From positions 4,512,001 through 4,576,000 of the forward strand of contig OY764216.1 in assembly GCA_963668315.1 (NCBI GenBank): 64,000 bases of DNA, given 5' to 3'. The notes beneath the pieces were generated by a model. It did no database searches, was not told the DNA's origin, and saw only the letters and a program-made list of their open reading frames with translations. Source of the stretch: Spirochaetia bacterium. GTDB taxonomy: Bacteria > Spirochaetota > Spirochaetia > DSM-2461. Shown here one piece after another: positions 9,101-18,204 of the stretch (position 1 is the stretch's first letter; every line of letters begins with the position of its first letter). The position numbers were made by a program, and so were the translations under genes.

Positions 9101-9353
9101 GAAATTCTTCCCTTAAACCTTTGAGTGCAACTCCCGCTTCTATTACATGACCCTTCCGAAGATCGTCTTCACCATCGGCGAGCTTTGCGAACAAATCTGC
9201 TTTTGCCATACTCTTTTCATAGGTATCCATACTCATAACGACCATATCCCCGTAACCGTTCTTAGTAACAAAAACCGGTTCGTCTTTCTCATGACATAGA
9301 CGTGATATCTCCTGGGTATCTCTTAAATCCTTAATGGGAATAATCTGTGGCAT
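9090..9353 (-). CDS. Phd/YefM-family antitoxin
   Basis: IIPIKDLR...EPVFVTKNGYGDMVVMS motif. Confidence 0.9.
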   Translation of the reverse strand: MPQIIPIKDLRDTQEISRLCHEKDEPVFVTKNGYGDMVVMSMDTYEKSMAKADLFAKLADGEDDLRKGHVIEAGVALKGLREEFLGK

Positions 9354-9370
9354 AATAACCTCCGATACAC

Positions 9371-9385
9371 AATTATGACATAATT
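9371..9385. promoter_or_regulatory. Palindromic operator of the Phd-ParE operon
   Basis: AATTATG-A-CATAATT just upstream of the antitoxin start. Confidence 0.55.
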
Positions 9386-9487
9386 ATGAACTATTATCAA
9401 TAAATACAACTCTTCACTCAATTATCATGTAGTTCAGAAATATGAAAAAACTGTACTATCGGGCTGGCAACTTATACAATATTTCTA

Positions 9488-10609
9488 TTACACAAAAACG
9501 TCATCCAGAATCTTCTGAATAGTTTCAGGGAATATTAAGTCATAGCTTTTCTTATTTCGAACTTTCCCGACTGCATTCTGGGCTGTCCTCTTTGCTATGG
9601 CTTTCCCATTCATGGTAAAATGATTCATCAAATAGGGAATAATCTTATAGGCCGTACCATGGGATTCCAACGTAATGCAATCCCGTTCATGAAGGAAAAT
9701 AACAAGAGAGACCAGAGAAACACAGGTTTTCTCAAGAGTATCATCTCCCTCATGGCTTAACCAGTTCACCCCAGATGCGACAGGTTCGGGTAAAGCGTCT
9801 TGAAAGGAAAAATGGTCCTTTACATCTGAAAGAGAATCAATATATCCTTCCCTCTCTAACTTAGTGATGAGAGATCTCAGCTTTGTGAAATCTCCCCGCC
9901 AATATATTTTCTGAAATCCAGTCGTATCTATCGGTTTTCCAGCACGATAAGCCTCTAACTTATGCCGATTGAATACCCTTGATTTTCCACTACCTGAAAA
10001 TACTGATTCCGGGATTTCCTTCGCTGAGATTCTATTCTGCAATGTTTTTAAGGTAATCCCTAAATATTTTGCCGCCTGTTTAGAGGTTAGCCAGGTCAAA
10101 CTGCGTAGATAGTCAAATGTTTCCACTTTTTGAGGAGACAGCAGGTCATGCTCAACAAATGTCTCAGTACTACCAGTATTCATAAATGATTGTGGATTTC
10201 CAGAGGAATATCCCTTGTTCAAGTATTCTATCTCTTTAGCGATTCTGTCTTTCAGGTTCGTTAAGCAGGAATAATATTTATCTAAATCCTCAATCTCTGC
10301 GTTTATTCTGTCAAAAACTAATGTTTTCCAATCATACTTCTCGCTATAGTTCTTGATTTCATCAAATAGGTCATTAAGAAAATGCAGCCTATTCTGAAGT
10401 GACTTTCTCTTCTCAATATAGGGTAACAGGTCTTCCCATGAAGGAACATCGTACATAGTATCCACCATATCTGACTTTAATGATTCAAGCCTATCTATTG
10501 TTTCACCTACCATCTCAACAGTTCCTTTTTTCACCTTTTTTACAATTCTTTCATATTCCTTTTTCGACTGGTAATACTCTTTAGTATGTGCAAACAGAAC
10601 TTCGTACAT
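9488..10609 (-). CDS. Multidomain DNA-binding protein with central excisionase-type HTH
   Basis: WLTSKQAAKYLGITLKTLQNRISAKEIP is an HTH_17/Xis-like motif; lies immediately downstream of the integrase. Confidence 0.7.
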   Translation of the reverse strand: MYEVLFAHTKEYYQSKKEYERIVKKVKKGTVEMVGETIDRLESLKSDMVDTMYDVPSWEDLLPYIEKRKSLQNRLHFLNDLFDEIKNYSEKYDWKTLVFDRINAEIEDLDKYYSCLTNLKDRIAKEIEYLNKGYSSGNPQSFMNTGSTETFVEHDLLSPQKVETFDYLRSLTWLTSKQAAKYLGITLKTLQNRISAKEIPESVFSGSGKSRVFNRHKLEAYRAGKPIDTTGFQKIYWRGDFTKLRSLITKLEREGYIDSLSDVKDHFSFQDALPEPVASGVNWLSHEGDDTLEKTCVSLVSLVIFLHERDCITLESHGTAYKIIPYLMNHFTMNGKAIAKRTAQNAVGKVRNKKSYDLIFPETIQKILDDVFV

Positions 10610-10616
10610 TATTTCC

Positions 10617-11798
10617 TCAAATCAGTTTTTCCTGGGCTTTTCTCACCGGATCAAAATCTTCCAGATCAAGTTGATGTGTATACTGGTCAGTAACACTTTT
10701 CGAACTATGACCAACCACCGCTCTCAACAAATGCTCCGGAACTTTAGGGCGTACTTTACTAACGAAGAAATGTCTCCAGGATTGAAAGGTAATTTTTCGT
10801 TCAGACCTATCAGACTCTTTTAATCCAACGGTATAAAAGGCTTCATATAGATGCTCCGATACAGTTTTATGATCAACTGGATTATAAGGATCACTGATGC
10901 TTGAGAAAACCAATTGGTCACCCTTCTTCCCTTCCTGTTTTATTAATTGCTTTAAATGCTTCTCCGTAAATTTAGGAAAGGGTACAAATCTGATTGAGTT
11001 TCTAGTCTTTGGCCCCTTCATATTATACTGTCGTCCCCATGATCTCGTGATATGTATGAGATGATGATCAAAATCAATATCCGATACACGAAGAGCCTGA
11101 CACTCTCCCAGGCGAAGTCCTGTTGTTGCGGATAGAAGATTCATAGTATACATCTTCTGGTTACCTTTCCAGTTTTTCTTAAATAACTCTTCCTTGAACA
11201 ACTCTCTCACCTGCTTATGGGGCAAATACAGTTTCTCCCCATTTTCAACCTTATAGTCTTTGATGCTATCAAGAGGATTCTTAGGAATATACTCAAGTCT
11301 TTTGGCTTCTTCCATAATGGTTCGAAGATTCCCGATAATACTGTTAATATTCTTATTTGATAATGGCTTGTTATATCGCCCTTTGGATTTTCGTAAATCG
11401 CTTCTATAATTCTGGACCTTACGGATATTGATCTTCGTTAAGTCCATATCACCGAACTCAGGAATTAAGTGCCTTTCCAGTTCGCTCCGTTTGGCCGCTA
11501 CGTAGGCTTTTGAGTAGGAGTACCCGCTGGCAATTCGTTCTGTAACATAGGGGCAATTCTCATAATCCCAGAAGTATTTAGTAAATTCCTTAAATGTTAT
11601 ACTATCATGGGCGAAGGTACCTGAGACAACCTGTTGTATGCACCATTCAAGAGCTTCTCGCTTCGTTGTCTTACCTGTACTGATGGCGGGTAGTCTGACA
11701 CCTTCCAGATCAAAGGGATGAACATAGTACACCCATTTCCCTGCTTTATTCTTTCTGTGTTTGTAGGGCGTACCGAAATACTTTGAGACCTGGTTCAT
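10617..11798 (-). CDS. Tyrosine recombinase / phage-type integrase
   Basis: TGLRLGE (R), GPKT (K), FQSWRH (QxxR variant), VGHSS (H), DQYTH (Y); N-terminal arm-binding-like region; adjacent to tRNA fragment. Confidence 0.93.
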   Translation of the reverse strand: MNQVSKYFGTPYKHRKNKAGKWVYYVHPFDLEGVRLPAISTGKTTKREALEWCIQQVVSGTFAHDSITFKEFTKYFWDYENCPYVTERIASGYSYSKAYVAAKRSELERHLIPEFGDMDLTKINIRKVQNYRSDLRKSKGRYNKPLSNKNINSIIGNLRTIMEEAKRLEYIPKNPLDSIKDYKVENGEKLYLPHKQVRELFKEELFKKNWKGNQKMYTMNLLSATTGLRLGECQALRVSDIDFDHHLIHITRSWGRQYNMKGPKTRNSIRFVPFPKFTEKHLKQLIKQEGKKGDQLVFSSISDPYNPVDHKTVSEHLYEAFYTVGLKESDRSERKITFQSWRHFFVSKVRPKVPEHLLRAVVGHSSKSVTDQYTHQLDLEDFDPVRKAQEKLI

Positions 11799-11886
11799 AC
11801 ACTTCTCCTTCTATATAATAAAGTAGTAAGAAGAAGTAATAAAGAACATTTTTCTATACTTTTCTGCTCAGTTTTTTGTAACGATT

Positions 11887-11909
11887 TGCTTTAAATTCTG
11901 CTTTAAATT
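11887..11909 (+). repeat. Tandem 11-bp repeat, candidate integrase arm-type sites
   Basis: TGCTTTAAATT-C-TGCTTTAAATT between integrase start and att core. Confidence 0.6.
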
Positions 11910-11967
11910 GTCAAAAACGCATAGTGCGCATTACGCATCAAGAGATTATAATTCTTTACTGGACAAT

Positions 11968-11992
11968 AAAAAAGCCGTCCAAAAGGACGGCT
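11968..11992 (-). terminator. Rho-independent terminator downstream of the tRNA fragment
   Basis: AGCCGTCC-AAAA-GGACGGCT stem, A-run on + strand gives U-tract on - strand. Confidence 0.8.
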
Positions 11993-12001
11993 AAAGTACA
12001 T

Positions 12002-12047
12002 TGGGCCCACAAGGACTTGAACCTGGGACATCTTGATTATGAGTCAA
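12002..12047 (-). pseudogene. 3' half of a tRNA with CAU anticodon (Ile2- or Met-type); att-site remnant
   Basis: Minus strand reads TTGACTCATAATCAA-GATGT-CCCAGGTTCAAGTCCTTG-TGGGCCCA (anticodon arm, T arm, acceptor 3' strand); no D arm or 5' acceptor strand upstream. Confidence 0.85.
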
Positions 12048-12183
12048 TCCGATCAGGATGTTACGTTGTCGTTCTAAGTGCTCTCCAGGCCACTTAAATC
12101 CTTTTTTACTAATATCTTAGGATAAGTGGTCTGCTATATTTGATAATTAATGATAACTGCTGAAAACCAATGATGTCAACCAA

Positions 12184-12206
12184 TTTTAGTAACATTTTGT
12201 GTAACA
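12184..12206 (+). repeat. 23-bp direct repeat copy 1 (copy 2 at 16276-16298), internal GTAACA tandem
   Basis: TTTTAGTAACATTTTGTGTAACA vs TTTTAGTAACAGATTGTGTAACA, 21/23. Confidence 0.8.
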
Positions 12207-12215
12207 CGAACCGAT

Positions 12216-13196
12216 TTATTGTTGATTTATCTCCGCCTCCAGAGAACCTAAAATACTCATGATCTCGGAAAAGGGAATCTCTTCACCAAATATCATATCC
12301 TGCATTTCTCGATAATCACGGAGTAATGATTCTTTAATCCTAGCAGGAGGAATTAGTTTCAAAGAACCAGGATGCGCCGTGTCATAATGAGCCCAATTTG
12401 CTGGATAGAACTTAGTTTTAAATTCAACAACGTCCTTCAGCAATTCAAGATCAGACAACGCCTGATCTTTAATCTCGGAACGAGCTAACATAGCCAGATC
12501 ATAGTAATGCCGGGAATATCTGGAAGGCTGATTTTTTCCCTCAGGCCTGTGAGCTTCCTGATGTAAAATAGTTGCCTTTTCCCAAAATGTTCTTTTACCT
12601 TCAATAGCCTTTACCTCAACCTTCGTATTGCTGAATAACTGCGGAAAGTATTTTGCGGCATAGGGAGAGATAGTAAAATCACCGCTTGGCAACCATGAGG
12701 CAAGAGGCCCAATTTCGAGCCGAACCTCTGAACGAATATATCTATCTTCAAAAGACTTGGGGTATATTATATTTACACAATGAGTATCATTCTCATCTAT
12801 TACTAATTTACAAAGAGGAGAACATAATTCCTCCAAGCCTGGTTTGAGAACAGAAGCAATATATTCCTTAGCTTGAGAATTGATCTCCTTATTAAACTTA
12901 TCCTGTTTGTTTTTTGATCGAGAATCCCGTGGATCTTCACCAGAAACTAAGTTCCAATTCAAAATCAAATCAATATCTTCTGAAAATCGTTTTATGACAT
13001 TATAGACCTTTGAGAGACTGGTGCCTCCCTTAAATAGCAATTTATTCTGAAGGTCATCAGCCTGAAATATTTTCTGTAACACCCAGCAAACCCAAAAATC
13101 CTTCTCTACAATTGCTGGTGTTGCTCCCATCCTTGCCGCTGTTTCGGAAAAGATCTCACCTCTTTCTTCCTGGGATAGATTTGCAACTTTATCCAA
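12216..13196 (-). CDS. AbiEii/AbiGii-family nucleotidyltransferase toxin (full length)
   Basis: VEKDFWV, FKGGTSLSK, RFSEDIDL, RTFWEKATILH, SRHYYDL motifs. Confidence 0.92.
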   Translation of the reverse strand: MDKVANLSQEERGEIFSETAARMGATPAIVEKDFWVCWVLQKIFQADDLQNKLLFKGGTSLSKVYNVIKRFSEDIDLILNWNLVSGEDPRDSRSKNKQDKFNKEINSQAKEYIASVLKPGLEELCSPLCKLVIDENDTHCVNIIYPKSFEDRYIRSEVRLEIGPLASWLPSGDFTISPYAAKYFPQLFSNTKVEVKAIEGKRTFWEKATILHQEAHRPEGKNQPSRYSRHYYDLAMLARSEIKDQALSDLELLKDVVEFKTKFYPANWAHYDTAHPGSLKLIPPARIKESLLRDYREMQDMIFGEEIPFSEIMSILGSLEAEINQQ

Positions 13197-13803
13197 TAGA
13201 TGTCTCCTTAAGGACTTCCTCTACTGCTTCGTAGATCCAAACACTTACATTTTGAATATCTTTTAAAATCTTACTGGTTGAAACTCCCTTCATTGAAGAA
13301 GACATCCTCCTGATAACTTCTGGAGTTATATTCTCCTTGCCTAAAGCCTTAAAAGCTTGCACCATTAATGTACTTTCACGATGATTAAAACCAGCTTCTT
13401 TCAAAGCAATATGCTTAAATTGTAAAATCTGCTTCCCAATCGGATAACTTCTATCAGGCCCATCTGAGATATATAGAAAACTTCCGGAAACCTGATTTGA
13501 AAGTCCTAAATAATTCAAAGCTGTATTACCAGAAGGTTGGATACGCCAGTTAAACTTTCGCGCATAAGCATAGGCTACTTGCTCCATATCCGGACTTAGT
13601 TCTTGCCCTAGAAGCTCGCTATAGCGGGGATAGTAATAGATCCCAGTAGATACACGTCGTATTATCTCTTTCTTAGCAAGTTCTGAAAGAGCTTTCCTGG
13701 CCTGAGAATCAGATAAGGGAGGGACAAAATCAATCTTAGAAAATACCCAACCCCTACCGCGACTATAAATCCTAGCAAGTAACTTATCTGAAAAGGATTG
13801 CAT
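13189..13803 (-). CDS. DUF6088-like AbiEi-type antitoxin
   Basis: wHTH (RKALSEL...IRRVSTGIYYYP), PSGNTALNYLGLSNQV...SDGPDR; overlaps AbiEii gene. Confidence 0.85.
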   Translation of the reverse strand: MQSFSDKLLARIYSRGRGWVFSKIDFVPPLSDSQARKALSELAKKEIIRRVSTGIYYYPRYSELLGQELSPDMEQVAYAYARKFNWRIQPSGNTALNYLGLSNQVSGSFLYISDGPDRSYPIGKQILQFKHIALKEAGFNHRESTLMVQAFKALGKENITPEVIRRMSSSMKGVSTSKILKDIQNVSVWIYEAVEEVLKETSIG

Positions 13804-13824
13804 GGCTAAATAATACTATATTTT

Positions 13825-13852
13825 TTCACAAAAAAACAGTATTTTTTGTGAA
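13825..13852. promoter_or_regulatory. Perfect 11-6-11 inverted repeat, probable operator in divergent promoter
   Basis: TTCACAAAAAA-ACAGTA-TTTTTTGTGAA. Confidence 0.7.
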
Positions 13853-13916
13853 CTATATTACAATGCTAATGGGTATTTGTTTTATTCTTTCTAATTTAAG
13901 AGTATTATATGGGCTA

Positions 13917-16274
13917 ATGGATGAGATTGAAAGTATAACAGCAGAAATATTTCACCTCGAATCTCTACTTAATAAAAAGAAGAAAAGGTTAGAGATGCTC
14001 TTGCGAGAAAAAAATACTTCTACAGTCGATAACCACTCTCCCCCTTCTGAAAAAATCAACTTATATCGTTCTCTTTTCAAGGGAAGAGATGACATCTATG
14101 CTGTCCGATTTGAAAGTAAACTGACCGGAAAAACAGGATATCAACCGGCCTGTTCTAATGAATGGAAGAAAGGCATCTGTCCAAAACCGAAGGTTAAATG
14201 CTCTGACTGTAATCAAAAAAACTTTAAAACTATCACCGATGAAACAATCTCATGTCATCTGACAGGCTATTTCTCTTCAAAAAAAATAGAGGGACAAACA
14301 AAACCTTTTGTTATGGGTCTATACCCAATGACAACAGATGAGACCTGTTATTTCCTGGCTATCGACTTTGATAAGAAGGATTGGCAAAGTGATACAACAT
14401 CCTTTCTTGAGTCTTGTGAAGAGTATAAAGTTCCAGCCTACTTGGAAAGGTCACGCTCAGGTATGGGTGGACATATATGGATATTCTTTACCGAACCGAT
14501 CAAAGCTTATAAAGCGAGAAAACTTGGATCAGCACTGATTGCCTCTGCGTTGGACAGGCGGCCGGAAATAGGACTTGATTCCTTTGATCGTTTCTTCCCA
14601 AATCAGGATACCTTACCAAAGGGAGGGTTTGGAAATCTTATAGCCCTACCCTTACAGAAAGCTGCCAGAGGAGAAGGAAATACTTGCTTTATCGATGAAA
14701 ATTTTGAACCCTATTCAGATCAGTGGCTTTTTCTTTCAACAGTAACAAAGTTATCAAATCAGAGAATTGATTACTTACTAATAAATCATCTACCTAATGA
14801 TTTATTCCCAAGTATAGTACCTTCAGACCAATTTGAGAAAAAGGGAGATTCCTATCCGGAAATTCATGATCCACTTCCGAAAAAACTATCAATTACACTT
14901 TCCAGTCAAATCTTTATAGATTCCAAAGGACTTCCACCTGTCTTAAGGAATAGAATCTTACGATTGGCATCATTCCCAAATCCCGAGTTCTATAAAGCTC
15001 AGGCCATGAGGCTTCCTACATGGAATAAACCGAGAGTACTATACTGTTATGAACAGCATGAGACGTTTATAGCACTTCCCATAGGCTGTCGGGATAAATT
15101 GAGCGCTCTCTTAACTCATTATGGAATCAGACCGAGTTTCACAGATAGAAGGGAATTAGGGATAATAAAGGATTTCCATTTTAGGGGAACACTCTACCCA
15201 GAACAAAGAAAGGCTGCTCAAGAATTATTAAAACATGACATAGGAGTTCTATCTGCTACGACAGCTTTTGGAAAAACTGTTCTTGCCCTATGGATCATCG
15301 CTCAACGGAAGACCAACACGCTAATCCTTGTACATCGCAAACAACTTATGGAACAATGGAAAGAGCGGATATCACAATTTATGGAAATATCCCCAAAAGA
15401 GATTGGACAATTCGGAGGAGGAAAGAAGAAACGATTCGGCAAAATTGATGTTGCCGTCATTCAAAGTGTAAACCAGAAAGGGAAGATTGAACCCTGGATA
15501 AATGAATACGGCCAGATAATAGTGGATGAATGCCACCATATCTCAGCCTTTTCCTTTGAACAAGTGATAAGAAAGAGCCCTGCCAGGTATAAAATAGGTC
15601 TTTCTGCAACAGTAGAGAGAAAAGATGGACAACACCCCATCATTTTCATGAATTTGGGTGAAATCAGATATAAAGTCAGTGCAAAGAAGGAATCACAAAA
15701 GAAAACCTTTCTACATAAGGTCATAAGTAAACCAACAGACTTAACCCTTCCTGTTACAGAACAGGATTATACCATTCAGGAAATATTCAGATACTTATGG
15801 ACCAATGAAGAAAGGAATGAAATGATTGCAGAGGATATTCTGGAAGCTGTAGGTACCGGTAGAGAAATCCTTATTATAAGTGAAAGAACAGATCATCTAG
15901 TTCAGCTATATGAACTCCTGGCTCCAAAACTGACCAATCTGTTTATTCTCAAAGGCCGTATGGGAAAAAAACAACGTTCTTCCACAATGGCTAGAATCAA
16001 CAATCCTGATAAGGATGAATCACGCGTCATTTTGGCAACAGGAAAATACTTGGGAGAAGGAATTGATCTACCCTTTCTGAATACCCTATTTCTCACATTT
16101 CCTGTCTCATGGAAAGGAACAGTTGCCCAATATGCCGGTCGTCTTCACAGAGATTATCACGGGAAACGGGAGGTGATAATTTATGATTATTATGACCTGA
16201 AAGTTCCTGTTTTATCACGTATGTATGATAAACGTCTTAAAGGATATCGAGCCTTAGGCTATGAAATCTGGTAA
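13917..16274 (+). CDS. AEP primase-like domain (TOTE type) fused to SF2 DEAD/DEAH (ResIII-like) helicase
   Basis: LFKGRDDIYA, Cys cluster, FLAIDFD, ERSRSGMGGHIW, DRFFPNQD, GNLIALPLQ; helicase motifs TAFGKT, DECHH, LSAT, QYAGRLHR; ATG 13917 preferred over GTG 13848. Confidence 0.85.
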   Translation: MDEIESITAEIFHLESLLNKKKKRLEMLLREKNTSTVDNHSPPSEKINLYRSLFKGRDDIYAVRFESKLTGKTGYQPACSNEWKKGICPKPKVKCSDCNQKNFKTITDETISCHLTGYFSSKKIEGQTKPFVMGLYPMTTDETCYFLAIDFDKKDWQSDTTSFLESCEEYKVPAYLERSRSGMGGHIWIFFTEPIKAYKARKLGSALIASALDRRPEIGLDSFDRFFPNQDTLPKGGFGNLIALPLQKAARGEGNTCFIDENFEPYSDQWLFLSTVTKLSNQRIDYLLINHLPNDLFPSIVPSDQFEKKGDSYPEIHDPLPKKLSITLSSQIFIDSKGLPPVLRNRILRLASFPNPEFYKAQAMRLPTWNKPRVLYCYEQHETFIALPIGCRDKLSALLTHYGIRPSFTDRRELGIIKDFHFRGTLYPEQRKAAQELLKHDIGVLSATTAFGKTVLALWIIAQRKTNTLILVHRKQLMEQWKERISQFMEISPKEIGQFGGGKKKRFGKIDVAVIQSVNQKGKIEPWINEYGQIIVDECHHISAFSFEQVIRKSPARYKIGLSATVERKDGQHPIIFMNLGEIRYKVSAKKESQKKTFLHKVISKPTDLTLPVTEQDYTIQEIFRYLWTNEERNEMIAEDILEAVGTGREILIISERTDHLVQLYELLAPKLTNLFILKGRMGKKQRSSTMARINNPDKDESRVILATGKYLGEGIDLPFLNTLFLTFPVSWKGTVAQYAGRLHRDYHGKREVIIYDYYDLKVPVLSRMYDKRLKGYRALGYEIW

Positions 16275-16275
16275 T

Positions 16276-16298
16276 TTTTAGTAACAGATTGTGTAACA
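16276..16298 (+). repeat. 23-bp direct repeat copy 2
   Basis: Matches 12184-12206; abuts the stop of the truncated AbiEii. Confidence 0.8.
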
Positions 16299-16577
16299 TC
16301 AAGCTATAATAGCCAAAATCCGTTTAGATATTTCATCAGGTAAATTATTCATCTTCCCCAAGAAATCAATATCCTTTGTTTGTCTGATTTGTGGAGATTC
16401 CCAAACCTGTAACATGAGTGCTCCTTTCAAGATAAATCTTTCTTTATGATTTGATTGAGAAAGACGATAGAGAAACCTTTCCATTACATAGTATTGAAGT
16501 ATTTCCTGGAAAGGCCGTTTTTCATCCCTGGAACGATTCAATAGTCGTTGATAAACTGAATCTGCAATATTTGTCAT
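16299..16577 (-). pseudogene. Truncated AbiEii toxin (N-terminal 92 aa)
   Basis: MERFLYRLSQS, FILKGAL, RQTKDIDF then ends; family members are about 300 aa. Confidence 0.85.
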
Positions 16578-17179
16578 AATCCCATCTCTACATAGGGTCG
16601 TATTATCGATTCAACACGACAAACCTTCGCATATTCCATAATCTTCTGATAGTTCTTTTTCTTTGTAGAGCTTTGATACATTTTAAGAGCTTCCAGAACG
16701 ATATCCATTCCAATTGTATTACGAAACTTAAAACAGTCAGCCAGGGTTTTTTCAGGACAATATATTTTAATAGGGATTCCATCTAATTTATATTCGTCAA
16801 TACCAGACGAATATGATGCCAAACCAAAGTGATAAACTTGAATAGGGGGGTAATCCATCTTTGGGGTACGAGAATCCTTGGGAAGCGCAATATGTACTCG
16901 ATGGGGAATCTGTGTAGTAAGGTTATGGAAATCTAAAGCAGAAACCAAGCAAATAACGCCTCTTTCTATTTTTTGGCTAACAGTTACTAAATCAGGCTGA
17001 GAGAGACTATCAGAGTCATGAAGAATGTATAGCCCTCTGCCTACCCGCTCTATAAACCCCAGGTCCTTCAAAGAATATAGCATATATCGGCTTAAACCAT
17101 TATCCAACGCCTCTTTCATTCTGAAGGGATTATTGAGTTTTCTAAGAATTTCAAGAGAAATTTCGCTAGCCTTAGTCAT
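16574..17179 (-). CDS. Type IV TA antitoxin, AbiEi family
   Basis: ERVGRGLY, VICLVSALDFHNLTTQIP, IYCPEKTLADCFKFRN. Confidence 0.9.
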   Translation of the reverse strand: MTKASEISLEILRKLNNPFRMKEALDNGLSRYMLYSLKDLGFIERVGRGLYILHDSDSLSQPDLVTVSQKIERGVICLVSALDFHNLTTQIPHRVHIALPKDSRTPKMDYPPIQVYHFGLASYSSGIDEYKLDGIPIKIYCPEKTLADCFKFRNTIGMDIVLEALKMYQSSTKKKNYQKIMEYAKVCRVESIIRPYVEMGL

Positions 17180-17180
17180 A

Positions 17181-17224
17181 AGACAAAACGTCCTTACTTA
17201 TTAATATCTATGGACATTTTGTCT
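17181..17224. promoter_or_regulatory. Inverted-repeat operator upstream of abiEi
   Basis: AGACAAAACGTCC...GGACATTTTGTCT (12/13); near-identical copy at 26501-26544. Confidence 0.75.
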
Positions 17225-17325
17225 GAAATAATCCTTATAATCAAGTGAAGAATTATAATATAACATTTTTTCTTAGTACTCTTCGAGGTATTATAATACC
17301 TCACTTAATAAACAAAGCTAGATAA

Positions 17326-18192
17326 CTACCCCTTGATTCCTCCCACCATAAGCCCTGAGACAAAATGCTTCTGAATAAATGGATAGATAACAAGGACAGG
17401 AAGCATACCAAGGACCATCACAGCCATTTTAAGATTGCTATAAACATAGTTTCCTCCCCCCAGGGATTCATCCGATTCAAACATAAGGCTCCTAAGAACG
17501 ACCTGCAAAGTATACTTCCTACTGTCGTTAATGAACATGATCACTTCAAAATATCTATTCCAGTAGCTAACACAATAGAAGAGGGTTACCGCAGCAATTA
17601 CGGAAACCGACAAAGGAATAACAATGCGGAACAGAATAACAAGATCATTACAACCATCTAGCTTTGCCGACTCCATAAGGGTTTCCGGGATACTGGACAT
17701 ATAATTCTTAATAATGATCAAATTGAATGTGGACATAGCTACTGGCAAGATAATTGAAGCCAAACTATTTATAAGTCCTAAACTCCTTACAACGATATAA
17801 AACGGCATGATCCCAGCATCAAAAAGCATAGTCAGAACGATTAGCTTCATAAAAATATTCCTTCCCACAAGATGCTTTTGAGAAAGGGCATATCCCAATG
17901 GGAGAGTTATGAACATTGAAATGAACGTTCCCGTTACAGCGACAAAAATTGAATTTTTGAAAGCGCTCATATAACCGCTGTGAAGAACCTTATCATAATT
18001 AACAAGGGTAAAGGATTTTGGAATGAGGAGATAATCGTTTCCCATTACATCGATATCCTTTGCAAAAGATGTAATAAGAACATTCCAGATGGGAACTAAG
18101 AATATCAAACAAACGAAGGCCAGGAATATTACGTTAAATATATTGAAAACGCGACGGCCTGTTGAAACTTTAATATGATTTTTATTACTCAT
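17326..18192 (-). CDS. Carbohydrate ABC transporter permease
   Basis: ESAKLDGC EAA loop, multiple TM segments. Confidence 0.92.
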   Translation of the reverse strand: MSNKNHIKVSTGRRVFNIFNVIFLAFVCLIFLVPIWNVLITSFAKDIDVMGNDYLLIPKSFTLVNYDKVLHSGYMSAFKNSIFVAVTGTFISMFITLPLGYALSQKHLVGRNIFMKLIVLTMLFDAGIMPFYIVVRSLGLINSLASIILPVAMSTFNLIIIKNYMSSIPETLMESAKLDGCNDLVILFRIVIPLSVSVIAAVTLFYCVSYWNRYFEVIMFINDSRKYTLQVVLRSLMFESDESLGGGNYVYSNLKMAVMVLGMLPVLVIYPFIQKHFVSGLMVGGIKG

Positions 18193-18204
18193 TTTTTATG
18201 CACC

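Larger units (their letters stand above)
1..12047. mobile_element. Integrative element (right part) bounded by a tRNA(CAU) 3' fragment; left end outside window
   Basis: Integrase, Xis-like gene, radC, bet, TA modules and att-like tRNA fragment; no structural phage or conjugation genes in view. Confidence 0.7.

Noticed and set aside
1..11798. Complete prophage or conjugative ICE
   Set aside because: No capsid, terminase, tail, relaxase or T4SS genes within the window
12002..12080. Intact tRNA gene
   Set aside because: No D arm or 5' acceptor strand; treated as an att fragment
17285..17302. 18-bp palindrome GAGGTATTATAATACCTC
   Set aside because: Real, but function cannot be distinguished between terminator, operator and scar; no second copy seen
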